This document shows positions 40,201 through 51,623 of a stretch of 64,000 bases of DNA, piece after piece. Position 1 is the stretch's first letter; every line of letters starts with the position of its first letter. Origin of the DNA: Octopus sinensis. Lineage: Eukaryota. The stretch spans positions 4,588,001 through 4,652,000 of the forward strand of contig NC_043026.1 in the NCBI RefSeq assembly GCF_006345805.1. The letters run 5' to 3'. The position numbers were made by a program, and so were the translations under genes. Below the pieces are notes generated by a model. It made no database searches, was not told where the DNA came from, and saw only the letters and a program-made list of their open reading frames with translations.

Positions 40201-41463
40201 GGAGACAAAGGACCAGCGGAGATTAGATCTTTGGTTCTTACTGAAAATAATCTGATTGCAGGATGTGACAAGAAGAATGGAAACATTAAGATATTCACAT
40301 TGGATGGTCACCTTATGGATTCAATCAAAGTGAATGTTTATTATAATATTAAAATGTGTCGATGGCAGTCAAACACACTGGTCATTACGAGTTGGGATAA
40401 TGAAAATCATGGTAAACCCCAACTGTTGACATTAAAAGTGGAATTTCCATTGTCGTTGGTAATTTACAAAACGAGAAATACATATGAATGTGTGGCTTCT
40501 TTATCAAACAATCAACTGGTTTTTAGTGAACGGAGAGATGAAAGACATTTGCATTTTGTTGATATTGATGAAATAAATTCGAGTGTGAAGGAAATAAAAA
40601 AAATAAACATACCTGACCCATTAATATTGAGAGAAGATGGAGATTATTCTGATAGAATCCAGGATATTAAAGTTACTGATGAAGATGTCATCATTGTCTT
40701 CAACTGGAGATTCATCATTTTCTTCAACAGTGGTGGTCAATATTTACATTCAGTCAGACACTACATGGGGTATTCTGGTGTTGACAGGATGACAATTGAT
40801 GACAGTTTTTTGTACATTTATGGTCGGTGGGAGAAATGTTCAGGTTCATCTGGATATCAAAACATTTTGTGTTTGACCCAGAATGGGGAATACAAGAGAA
40901 TATTTTTAAATAAAAGAATTTATAAAGATGAAGTAGATTTCTCCAGTATAGACTGTCAAGGACCAAGGTTTGTTGGAAGTCTTCGGAAGAGGGAAAGAGA
41001 GAATGAATTGTATGTTGAAGGGTTGTTTATGGTGAATCGAGACAGCTTCCCGGTTGCTCGTTTACAAACAGACGAATGTCCTGTTCAAGTAAAAGATTTT
41101 GATGTCTCTGAGGAAGGAAAGACAGTTGTGTGTGAAAAAGCCAATAATGGAAATGTTAAAATATTCGATGAAGACGGCCAGTTGCTATGTCACAGAAATG
41201 TTGCAAGTTTAGTTGGTGGTGTGTGTTTTACACAAGAATCACACATAATGGCCACGGTTCCTAAAAGGAAAGAAATATTTCAACTGAATGGAGAAGATTT
41301 GCAGACATCTCAAGTTTGCTCGAGTCTCATCCCTTATGGTGTAATATGGAGAAAAGTGGCGGGTATTTACTGGTGTGTACATAATGAATTGATTGAATGT
41401 CATTGCATAAAGATTGATGGGGACCAAGTGAACATTCTGGAATCTGTGTCGTCATTAACTTGA
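37282..41463 (+). CDS. 1393-aa protein: charged/helical N-terminus plus about five tandem NHL-like beta-propeller units
   Basis: 4.2-kb stop-free ORF in AT-rich DNA with no transposon motifs. Similar blade-start motifs at aa ~197, 445, 714, 979 and 1268, and recurring (D/K)(I/M)CRW. The fold is inferred from resemblance to the C-terminal propellers of molluscan TRIM/NHL-like proteins. Confidence 0.85.
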   Translation: MEDQTENTQKRALRDSTPKGDEEEVDNKRWKYEEDDGSRREMSEKRSSSQPTTKQKRHKGDPKNREIIRKRDVLDKHIFYTRFNAYEDKIDLLINSRKKICTFLKRIGMDENTFLKHFTQRIEILMKDIKKKDYNQEFIIFGKLELFLEHYLKTNVLQDKHKTIEAPKIITKFRPLQPVVTREANIEESGEEFEEIPIISNIVIIEEGVMTYSHHCKIISLVTRDSDRIDVHCPSSVTSFTRISEDMVLATLPFHEMILIISPKTFKIKRIQLGLHMVSYLEDSTLLGVEMFGKTVYQFDWEDNTINYQFITKETPTDIAVGVQNILVITFASINRVICYKLDGQQLWEVETHSLHLPSKISLYQNYFYVLQGQIIYRISAKGGVTRRDIGRKCRSISVGKDTILVTDYCGKPHGIQMNKDFWPNLSYNHQLHTPSLKDYIDIEDCYNITNILPMSTSSILIIYKNKKAKLFTDNGEIINQNNSVFLELPFFCCRINANRFLVFYCEMKGFQYITCPELRKGPLIKVQTGYMKICHIVSNKYLAVTTNENKSEVQILLINEDKVDIAERISLGHHNVSIAATPINFVVVDGNENKMVFYSTCGEELFQKYLPFYGYPHHIYSDNVYFYVLFRRHSILRCYDLYGQMKWQWELPFPVHPHIAVFQGTLYVPDTQLNRLLLYKNQDWSSGCLLPIKNPYIRNLNLRLKEKENDQKLVIGEICNLSNGQLVVSDINHDCLLYISEEGDIVSRLSLPSTATDICRWDSNHIGVTLPLQKQLSVIGNLSKTVRSVKLRQPYVQVCKMGECEIVCYCDKPSHLDILAINNYNQVEVIKTINIPVFVKSLSVDKETEKLLIVTRGKAFQYNTRIGGGGRGGRQMVPSVLMSQVKRPLSLQGGSIDQTSVYLIDRSRMFAINDQNLLVNDLVTNNQLNYYIDLVDVFSRHISLSEMLSSTLYLQDLTVSDKARHIPLPKHLGDKGPAEIRSLVLTENNLIAGCDKKNGNIKIFTLDGHLMDSIKVNVYYNIKMCRWQSNTLVITSWDNENHGKPQLLTLKVEFPLSLVIYKTRNTYECVASLSNNQLVFSERRDERHLHFVDIDEINSSVKEIKKINIPDPLILREDGDYSDRIQDIKVTDEDVIIVFNWRFIIFFNSGGQYLHSVRHYMGYSGVDRMTIDDSFLYIYGRWEKCSGSSGYQNILCLTQNGEYKRIFLNKRIYKDEVDFSSIDCQGPRFVGSLRKRERENELYVEGLFMVNRDSFPVARLQTDECPVQVKDFDVSEEGKTVVCEKANNGNVKIFDEDGQLLCHRNVASLVGGVCFTQESHIMATVPKRKEIFQLNGEDLQTSQVCSSLIPYGVIWRKVAGIYWCVHNELIECHCIKIDGDQVNILESVSSLT

Positions 41464-42704
41464 TTCTGGTCTTCGTTTCCCTTCCATTACATCTGAAACG
41501 AACAAGAAAATATTCAGTAATGAATTAATTAGTAATTGGAATACAGAGGAGGAGATGGAGATGGAGGAGGAAAAGAAGAAGAGGTAAATCAGGTGAAATA
41601 ATTGGTAAAGGTAGATTAAAGGTGAGATGTGGTAATTACATAGCGGAGATTAATAATTCAGGAATTCATGAAATATCAGTGAGGAGATTTCCATATAGGA
41701 CAGCAATGGTCCCTTTTTCCATTCCTGCATTCGAGGAACCTCTCGATTATAATCGGAGGGACATTAGGGACCAGAACAGTAAACTAATTAAGTTAGATGA
41801 GAATGTGAGTGTGTTGATGTTTCGAGAAAGTGTCACATTAATCAGAACAACAACAACAACAGTGGACATACTTCAACATGAACAACAACAACGACCAGCA
41901 CTGGACATATGTCGGTGGACAGAGGAATGTTTCATTGTCGCCTTTGGGAGAGAAATGAGGGTCTTCACAGGGATCTCCGTCATTTAAAACCATCAGAACT
42001 GAGAAATACTACAAGGATTTATAATACAACGACAATCAACTCGTGTGTGGTGGTCATTATATTAGAGACATAACTCAAAAAGAGAGACACAAGAATACCA
42101 AAGAAGATGGGAGAACAACAAGTATTACTATTATTGCAAAGACCCCAAAATCTTTGACCCTTATTATGTGGATGTGGTTGATTTTGAAGATGGGAAATGT
42201 AAAGATGAAGTGTGTGGTGGGAAGATGTGGAGAAAGGGAAGGTTGGAGGGACATGAAGGGGTGGATGGTGTGGGAGTCACATCTTTTGGTGATGTTGTTG
42301 TTGTGAGGAGGGAGATGGAAGAGGGGGAGTCTGGATGGAGGGAAGTTTTTTGTTTTGTGGAATGGTTCAGGGAAAAGTCTTTGGTGAGGAGGATAAGAAT
42401 AAAAGAAATATTTATTGGTCTGGGATATTATATTCCAAGACTTGGTCTGACCATAATTGGTGAATGTGTTTATATAACAGATACAATAAACAATATTTAC
42501 GAAATACCTCGACATATTGAAGAGGAAACATCTGAAGATGATGAAATCCTGAGATTAAAAGATAATCCAAAATATTTACTCCTGAGATGGGATGATAATG
42601 AAGTCTTTGAAGTTCTTGGTTTGGATGTTTCAGACAATTCTTTGATGGTTTTTGGAATTATTCCTGGACGTCAACCTTTTGCTTTCTTTTATTTTGACAA
42701 ATAA
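41462..42704 (+). pseudogene. Frameshifted continuation of the propeller gene (acidic linker plus probable sixth unit)
   Basis: Successive frames read DSGLRFPSIT...EEEMEMEEE, GKSGEIIGKG...PALDICRWTEECFIVAFGREMRVFT, KTIRTEKYYKDL*YNDNQLVC and DPYYVDVVDFEDG...PFAFFYFDK*. Confidence 0.7.
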
Positions 42705-42949
42705 ATATTTCCAGAAATATTAAACTTCAATCTTCTTCTTCTTCTTCTGCTTGTTGTAAATGGCTTCGCCCGGGAATCGAACCTGCATCGCATACATTGC
42801 ATTCTACACACTAACAATTATTGTTGTAACATTCCTCAACACTCTCTCTTTGTGTGTGTGTATATTTATTTACAGTATATATACATGTGTTTATATATAT
42901 ATATACACACTTATTTAGGAATGTATGTATAGAAATAAGTATGTATGTT

Positions 42950-42987
<38 letters not shown>

Positions 42988-42990
<3 letters not shown>

Positions 42991-43097
42991 GGAGCTTCTA
43001 CAGGACTAGAACTGTTTCATTCCAAGAGAAATCTTCAGGAAGCTTCCTGAAGATTTCTCTTGAATGAAACAGTTCTAGTCCTGTAGAAGCTCTTTCT
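42988..43097. ncRNA. Near-perfect palindrome carrying a type I hammerhead-ribozyme-like motif on each strand
   Basis: Plus strand: gcttc CTGAAGA tttctcttgaat GAAA cag-ttctagtc-ctg TA gaagc (43042-43090). Stems I and III pair; the base of stem II is non-canonical. Confidence 0.55.
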
Positions 43098-43201
43098 ATA
43101 TAATAAATTAATTTTACTCTGCTATGTATTGAGTACCTTATTTACTATGGTTAACCCCGAATCAGCCCGGGACCTACATATATATATATATATTATATAT
43201 A

Positions 43202-43232
<31 letters not shown>

Positions 43233-43304
43233 GCATGCATGTATATATAGGAATGTCTGGTCCGAAAGCAGAGACTTTCATAATCATTGATTCTCCATTA
43301 AAGG

Positions 43305-43490
43305 CAGACGACCAACAACAACAACAACAAAAACAGCAGACGACCACCGCCGCCGCCACCACCATCATCATCATCATCGTCACCACCGCCGCATTCATCA
43401 TCATCATCGTCATCATCATCGTCATCATCGTCATCATCGTCGTCATCATCGTCGTCATCATCGTCATCATCATCATAATCATCATCGTCG

Positions 43491-43522
<32 letters not shown>

Positions 43523-43545
43523 GTCGTCGTCATCAGTGTCGTGTG
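43305..43545. repeat. (CAA)/(CAC)/(CAT)/(CGT) trinucleotide low-complexity tract
   Basis: Directly visible. Confidence 0.9.
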
Positions 43546-45202
43546 TGCAGTCTGCATCTGACAGTTTTTAACGTTTAATAAGAATAGATTGTTGTTGTTG
43601 TTGTTGTTGCAGTGACATTCCAACTGCACACACGCACAAACATTGCCTTTCGTCCTCGTAGGGTTGTTGTTGTTGTTGTTGCTGTTGGGGATTCATAAAA
43701 AAAGAGAAGGACACTTTAAGAAGCATTCAGTAAAAGCTTTCCCATAGCTGGTCATTTTTCATATTAGAAATCGAAACCACTTTACTTTTCATATAAAATT
43801 TGAAGGACACTTTAAGAAACATTCATAAATAAAATTGACCTGTATATGGTCTCATTTCATGCTAGAAAGAGCCACAAAAACCTTCACATTTTTGTTTCAT
43901 CACAAATAAAAATCGAAGGACAATTTACAAAGCATCCACGTCAAATATTGTCCTATAGATGGCCTAACATCATGCTAGAAATAACAGCCAAATACTCTGA
44001 AATTTGCATCGTTTTTCATCAAAAAAGTGATGGACACTTTAAGAAGCAACTCTGAAAATATTGTCCTGCGGCGGTTTAAGTGTAAAATAAGTGTAAAAGT
44101 ATGCATCTATGAGTTTTATGTGTTTAAAAAACATAGCAAAGACATGTGTGTATATGTAGGTATATATAAATATACATGTGTATAAAGGTTCCTTTATGAT
44201 GTATATGCTTCTTCCCTAATAACTTGCAGAGAAATGGATATTTTTCATGGAATTTCCTACAAATATGCTTCAGATGGTGTAAATTCCGATTCTATGGGGA
44301 TTTATTGGGAAAACTTTATTCTTTCAAAGCAAAGGCAAATCTTGTTAATTTTCTAAAACTGCTTTTCCCCACCCAGGGACAAACGTTTTCACAATGAATT
44401 CTGATTTAATCGGATCTAAACCATCTGAAGAATATCTGTAGAAAATTTCATTAAAAAATATTTAATTTTGCGCAAGTTGTGAGAAGCAAATTCGGCATAA
44501 CTACAGATATATACCCCACCGACTTTGTGTCCTCATAACTTGCAGAAAAATGCATATTTTTTTAAGGAAACTTTCAACAAATAATCGCTTAGATCCTGTA
44601 GATTGAGTTTTTGTAAGGATTTGTTGGAAAAACATTTTCTGAAGGGTTGCAGAAAGGAGTTTCTCAAAATTCACACAACCAGACATTTTCCCTCCTCATA
44701 AATTTCAGGAAAATAGGAAATTTTCAATGAAATTTAAAAGAAATAACTTTCAAACGATGTAGATTACGATTAAAAAGAAATTTGTTGGCAAAATGTTTTG
44801 TAAGGGGTCGAGGGAAAAAGTGTGTGATTTAAGGGAGATTTGGCTGTTGTTTCTAGCACACCACCCTCCTTGTCTTCTTTTTTTTCTCATTTTTTCCCTC
44901 AGAAACACATTTATGTTATAAAAAAATAAAAAGAATATTTAAAATCTCTGATTATTTTTAGCCCCACTTCTGGCCCCCGATTCTTTCTCTTTATATAATT
45001 GTAAAATATTGGAGAGCCTGAGAAGATTCTTGCTGGGATTTATCCACAGGGATTTAAATAAGAGCTTTGTAAAAGAGGATTTCTTTTGAGAGCATCCTTT
45101 TCTCTTAGAAAATGAAAGTGGAAGTTTCATTAAAAATATCCATTTTCCTGGAAGTTATGAGGAAACAAAGTCGATGGGGTGTTCATCTGTAGTTATGCCA
45201 CA

Positions 45203-45244
<42 letters not shown>

Positions 45245-46234
45245 CTGTAGAAATGTAGGTGTGTATATATATATTATATGTATGTGTGTTTGTGTATACA
45301 TTTATTCATGTATATGTACAAGTTTAAAAAAGAAATATCAAAAGATGTTGGAATATTTGAGGTATTGGATAATTTCCGACTCTATTGTATAGGATTGCCG
45401 ATACATTTATATAGGAATATAAATATAGGAATATAAATATACATCATGATTATACCCACAGGAAAGAAGAATATTATACATACATACATATTCATATATA
45501 AACTCAGATATATATACACCTAGATATATATACATATAATTATACATTATTATACGTAGCCTTCTTGCACACACATAGAAAAGACGACGGGTAAATCCAT
45601 TTGTGACCATCCATACTTAAGGGTATCTGGTGATATTTCGGGTCTGGTATCACACAAACCGCCCAGTCTGGAGTCTCTCTATAACTTCTGCCGCTTCCCG
45701 TTCAATTGTTTCTATCCGTTGCCTAGCAACAACTATTTGAATGACAAAAAACGTGGAGAAAAAGGCGCGAAATTTAGACAAAACTTTGTCTAAATTATTT
45801 ATTTAAAATCAAAGAGACATTGTCAGCATTTTTATGAATTAAATAATGTAAAATGACATTAAAGGTCTCACAATTAAATCATTAATTAGGAATTATAATT
45901 AATTTGAACGTGAAAAAGAAAGGAAAACTAACGGATGTGTGTATATGTATGTATTTATGTATGTACATAAGCAGGTAAATATTTATATATGTAAGTGTGT
46001 ATGAATATTTACATACGTCTATAGACAGAGAAGGGGGGGAGAGAGTGTGGAGTATTACACATGTATACACGTAAGGCGAATGATGTCTAGGGTGTGTATC
46101 GGTGTGTCTGTGTGTGTGTATACACGCCTGTTTATGTTTGTGCGTGTGTGTGTATTTATGTGTGATGTTGTGTGTGTGTGTGTGTGTATCCGGGAACGTC
46201 ACTTTCTGCCTCTCTCTCTATATCTGACTGTCTC

Positions 46235-46271
<37 letters not shown>

Positions 46272-46365
46272 ATATATATATATATGTCTGTTTGACTCTC
46301 TCCCCTATCTATCTAGCCCTCCTCTCTCTATCTGTATATTTTTTTATGTATCTATCTATTTATGT

Positions 46366-46402
<37 letters not shown>

Positions 46403-46519
46403 CTGTTTGACTCTCTCCCCTATCTATCTAGCCATCTCTCTCTCTATCTGTCTATCTTTTTATGTATATAATCTATTTATATATATATGTATATATCTAT
46501 TTATATATATCTATTGCCC

Positions 46520-46987
46520 CGAGCCGACCAAAGCCCTGTGAGTGGATTTGTTTGATGGAAACTGAAAGAAGCCCGTCGTATATATTATATATATATATGA
46601 GTGTGTGTGTGTCTGTGTTTGTCCCCCTAGCATTGCTTGACAACCTATTTCTTTATTACCCACAAGGGGCTAAACACAGAGGGAACAAACAAGGACAGAC
46701 ATTGCTTGAACCGATGTTTACGTCCCCGTTACTTAGCGGTTCGGCAAAACAGACCGATAGAATAAGTACTAGGCTTACAAAAGAAAAAGTCCGGGATCGA
46801 GTTGCTCGATTAAAGGCGGTGCTCCAGCTTGGCCGCAGCCAAATGACTGAAACAAGTAAAAGAGTAAAAGGATTATATATATACTATATATATATATTAT
46901 ATATATATACATAAATAGATATATACATAAAAGATAGACAGATAGAGAGAGATATGGCTAGATAGATAGGGAGAGAGTCAAACAGAC

Positions 46988-47024
<37 letters not shown>

Positions 47025-47175
47025 ATATATATATAGTCTGTTTGACTCTCTCCCCTATCTATCTAGCCAATATTATATATATATATATAATATATGTCTG
47101 TTTGACTCTCTCCCCTATCTATCTAGCCATATCTCTCTCTATCTGTCTATCTTTTTATGTATATATCTATTTATG

Positions 47176-47233
<58 letters not shown>

Positions 47234-47690
47234 TTTTACTCTTTTACTTGTTTCAGTCATTTGGCTGCGGCCAAGCTGGAGCACCGCCTTTAATCGAGCA
47301 ACTCGATCCCGGGACTTTTTCTTTTGTAAGCCTAGTACTTATTCTATCGGTCTGTTTTGCCGACCGCTAAGTAACGGGGACGTAAACATCGGTTGTCAAG
47401 CAATGTCTGTCCTTGTTGTTCCCTCTGTGTTTAGCCCCTTGTGGGTATAAAGAAAAGGTTGTCAGCAATGCTAGGGGGACAAACACAGACACACACACAC
47501 TCATATATATATATAAATATATACGACGGGCTTCTTTCAGTTTCCATCAAACAAATCCACTCACAGGGCTTTGGTCGCCCGGGGCAATAGTAGAAGACAC
47601 TTGCCCAAGATGCCACGCAGTGGGACTGTACCCGGAACCATGTGGTTGGTAAACAAGCTACTTACCACACAGCCACTCCTGCGCCTACCA
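46520..47690. repeat. Inverted duplication of a SINE-containing segment
   Basis: The SINE at 46520-46870 (+) and the SINE at 47230-47690 (-) share the same ~65-nt internal insertion and the flanking gtctgtttgactctctcccc blocks. Confidence 0.8.
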
Positions 47691-47837
47691 CAACACACAC
47701 ACACACACACACACACACAACACAACACACTACACATATATATAAATATCCTCGTTCTTCCCTCTTTCCTGAGCGCCTAATAATAATACTTTATTGTTCC
47801 ACGGGTTGTTGTTTTTTCTGTTTTCCCGTTTGGATTA

Positions 47838-47889
<52 letters not shown>

Positions 47890-47992
47890 CTATATAATAT
47901 ATAGTATAATTAAGGGTAGAAATTGATATTTATCAATTAAGACCAGTGGTCTAGCATATTAAATAAGAATCCGAAGATTAAAATATTTATAT

Positions 47993-48192
47993 ATACCAAT
48001 TGAGGACTGAACACGAAAAGTGGACAGTCAACATGCTAGATATAGACGTCAAATCGCCATTCTCCACAAAAGATTATTCTCAGATCAAACTCACCAAGTT
48101 TGATCTGAGAACATAATCTTTTGTGGAGAATGGCGATTTGACGTCTATATCTAGCATGCTGACTGTCCACTTTTCGTGTTCAGTCCTCAATT

Positions 48193-48197
<5 letters not shown>
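47993..48197. repeat. Hairpin palindrome, ~100-bp arms, 5-nt loop
   Basis: Loop cacca at 48092-48096. The arms differ by one substitution and a 2-nt indel. Confidence 0.92.
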
Positions 48198-48255
<58 letters not shown>

Positions 48256-48739
48256 GTCTGTATTTAACTCTCTCACTTTGTCTTTATCTACAACAACCTC
48301 CACTCTGTACCAGTGTCTGGGGTTTGGTTGTTTATGGAAGTGGTATGTTTAACAAGGAGTGTTTCAGCCTCCCATTCTACTACTGAGTCCTCAACACACA
48401 CACACACACACACACATGCAAACAATCCAACACATACACACCCACGTCGTTCAGTGATGGAAAGGGACATCCGTCCTATTTGTGCAGATGTGTAGGTGTG
48501 AGGCAATCCTTTTACTCAATATAGAAAGAGAAATAAGGAAATAGATTTCCTTCTCTACCTCTGCCTTGTCATGGATTTGAACGCGAATCCACAGGAAGCC
48601 AACTCGCAGAATTATAACACGCGTTTTATACATACATTCACCCATATAAACACATGCAGCCACAAGTACACAGTCATATACAAAACATGTGTGTACGTCT
48701 CTCTGCTTGTGGCCATATTATGTGTATATCTATGAGATA

Positions 48740-48988
48740 TTGAGTTGGTGTATAATTATTGCGGCTATTTTCAACAAATTTTATTCAACAAAAACAATAA
48801 CAATATTTAACAAAAACATCTTTGAATGACGGTCTGACCGTCTGCCAAGCAAATGGGAAGCAGTAATTGAAGGAGATGGTGAATATGCTCCGGAATAATC
48901 ATTTAAAGATGTTTTTATTGCATGTTGTTATTGTTTTTGTTGAATGAAATTTGTTGAAAAAAGCCGCAATAATTATGCACCAAGCCAA
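48740..48988 (+). mobile_element. mariner-derived MITE
   Basis: TA-flanked TIRs ttgagttggtgtataattattgcggct (mariner ITR-like). Interior encodes RLPSKWEAVIEGDGEYAPE*, a mariner transposase C-terminus. Confidence 0.85.
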
Positions 48989-50568
48989 TATGTATATAAC
49001 AAGGTAGAATGAACAGAACATTTTCGGCCTCTATTCTAGGACTCAACCAAGTAGAAACACACACTGATCGATCGATAGGTAGACAGATAGAGAGAAAGAG
49101 AGGGAGAGATGGATAGACAGACAGAAGACAGATACATAGATAGACGCAGGAGTGGCTGTGTGGTACGTAGCGTGCTTACGAACCACATGCTTCCGGGTTC
49201 AGTCCTACTGCGTGGCACATCTGTAGCCTTGGGCCAACCAAAGCCTTGTGAGTGGATTTGGTAGACGGAAACAGAAAGAAGCTCGTCGTATATATATATA
49301 TATGTATACATAGACAAACACACGTGTAAGCATACGCACGCACGCACACACACACGTAAGTTTATGCAAGTATTTATATACTTGCATACACCTGTATAAT
49401 TATGGCTCTGGTAAAATCCTCACAATGAGATTCTTAGAAATGTTGTCGCTAAATCCTGTGCATCACAGGCTGCAACAGTTACCATTCTCTCACTCCACAT
49501 CGACAGACATGTCTCACCTGCACACTTCATCCTATCAACAACTTCCAACAGAAAATGCCTTCCTTTTATGCGTTGCATCTCTCCTGAATTCTTACATGTG
49601 CAACCAGTAAACATTTTAAAAAGTTTAGTCAGCATTTAAATCTAGTCTTGTCGACTGCAGTTTTTGTGCCTCTAGCAACAAACAGCTCTCCTAAGAGATT
49701 TCCTATTCCACTTACGAGAGGCGATTCAAGTCTTTCAGAACCAGCTCCCCTGCAATTCTTGACTTCGTCCCTTGAAGCAGAGGTTAGGACTCACCTAAAA
49801 GACACAAATGAACGTCTGGAAACAGCAGTCTATATCTGACCAACTCAGACTGGTTTGCCAGCTCCAAAAGGCAACGAAAAATGCTCATTTTCTAAGAATT
49901 CACCCAACAGTGAATCAATATTCTTTACTTAATATCGTCACCTATTTCTTAACGTCTCCATTTTCCTGGTGTATATATTTTATCGCCTGCCGTCTTCTTT
50001 CTATCGTTTAAACACAGCAGACACGGCAGAATCGTATCGAAAACTGTTCAGAAGTATTTCAGGAGGAAAAAAGAAAGCAAAGCCACCTCAGTGATCAAAA
50101 GCAAAATCTATTCAAACAAACCTAAAACATACAAGTCACCATACGACATTATGTGATGTAATATAGTTTTGTGTATAGAAAGTATTAGATTTGATGTGGA
50201 CCTTGTTGTTAATGACAACCAGTGTGTTATGTATTCTTTTGGTTCGTGGTGAGATAATAAACAACTCACTGAAGGCATTTTTATGATTCTACCCGTTTCT
50301 TTACTTGGCATGTTCACAAACTGTAAATGTACAGCGGAGTGATACACACTGTGCGTATCCGCCTTAGACACAGTTCATACTGTTTACTAGATGCGCTTAA
50401 CAAAATAGTACTATAGTGGGGATGTATTCATATATACGTATATCTTCGCATACACATAGATATGAACGTGTAACATTAATAAACACCCACTTTACAATTA
50501 TCTAAAGTGTGTATACATTCGTGTGGGGCACACCCTGTATATATACATGTACAACGGGCTACTTTCAG

Positions 50569-50668
50569 NNNNNNNNNNNNNNNNNNNNNNNNNNNNNNNN
50601 NNNNNNNNNNNNNNNNNNNNNNNNNNNNNNNNNNNNNNNNNNNNNNNNNNNNNNNNNNNNNNNNNNNN
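50569..50668. other. Assembly gap (100 N)
   Basis: Run of exactly 100 N. Confidence 0.99.
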
Positions 50669-50980
50669 TTTGGTGATGCAGCTAGAAAGACTCACGGGGC
50701 GATAGTTGACAGGCGATGTGCGGTCGCCTTTTTTTAACAGAGGGATGACACTGGCAGTTTTCCACTGTTCTGGAGTAACACCATTGTCAAGACAGAATTG
50801 GAAGAATAGAAAAAGTTGGCTTAGAAGAAAGTACCCACCGCGTTTGAGAAGTAGGTATGTAACACCATCGAGACCAGGAGAGGCATAATTGCGTTTATTC
50901 TTAAGGTGGCGTTGCAGCATTGCTGGTGTAAATTGCATAGTAGATATAGAGTCCGATGTCAGTGGTGATGAAGATGGAAT
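50669..50980 (-). mobile_element. CR1/Jockey-like LINE RT N-terminal fragment, cut by the gap
   Basis: SPGLDGVTY...PEQWKTASVIPLLKKGDRTSPVNYRPVSLSS. Confidence 0.85.
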
Positions 50981-51032
<52 letters not shown>

Positions 51033-51184
51033 TTAGGGATAAAAGAACTATTAGGCAAATCAAACAGTGTAAAACATAAACCAAGACATAATTAAAATTA
51101 TTAATATGATATACAAAATATATAAAATATAAAATTTATATATATGTATACACTATATATATACATATATAATATATATAATAT

Positions 51185-51232
<48 letters not shown>

Positions 51233-51244
51233 CATATACGTATA

Positions 51245-51276
<32 letters not shown>

Positions 51277-51464
51277 CATATATGTATATATATATATAAT
51301 ATATATATACATATATATATATATATATTGAAGTAGATAAGTGAATTATCTTATTACGGATAATTCAAATGATAACCGATACCTGGGTAGCCTTTGAAAC
51401 ATATGTAGAAAATAATAAAAAGGAATTTTGTTAAATCTTCGTTCAGCTCCATTTATTCCTACAC

Positions 51465-51573
<109 letters not shown>

Positions 51574-51591
51574 ATGTATATATATATATTA

Positions 51592-51607
<16 letters not shown>

Positions 51608-51623
<16 letters not shown>

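Noticed and set aside
42761-42815. tRNA-like fragment on the minus strand (GGTTCGATTCCCGGGCGAAGCCA)
   Set aside because: It has a box B and a CCA end but is too short and has no foldable D or anticodon arm. It is at most a retroposed tRNA or SINE-head relic, not a tRNA gene.
43174-43629. Poly-Met and poly-Ile/Gln ORFs
   Set aside because: Translations of a trinucleotide microsatellite.
45640-45790. CpG-containing patch with an RFX-like half site (tgcctagcaac) as a possible promoter
   Set aside because: A short motif with no linked exon or ORF cannot be supported from sequence alone. The YY1-like caaaatggc near 16634 was rejected for the same reason.
49400-50400. Non-repetitive-looking kilobase with short ORFs, possible decayed transposase
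   Set aside because: No convincing catalytic motif could be recognised in any frame.
50498-51058. 186-aa ORF spanning the N run
   Set aside because: It crosses an assembly gap. Only the LINE RT fragment to the right of the gap is interpretable.
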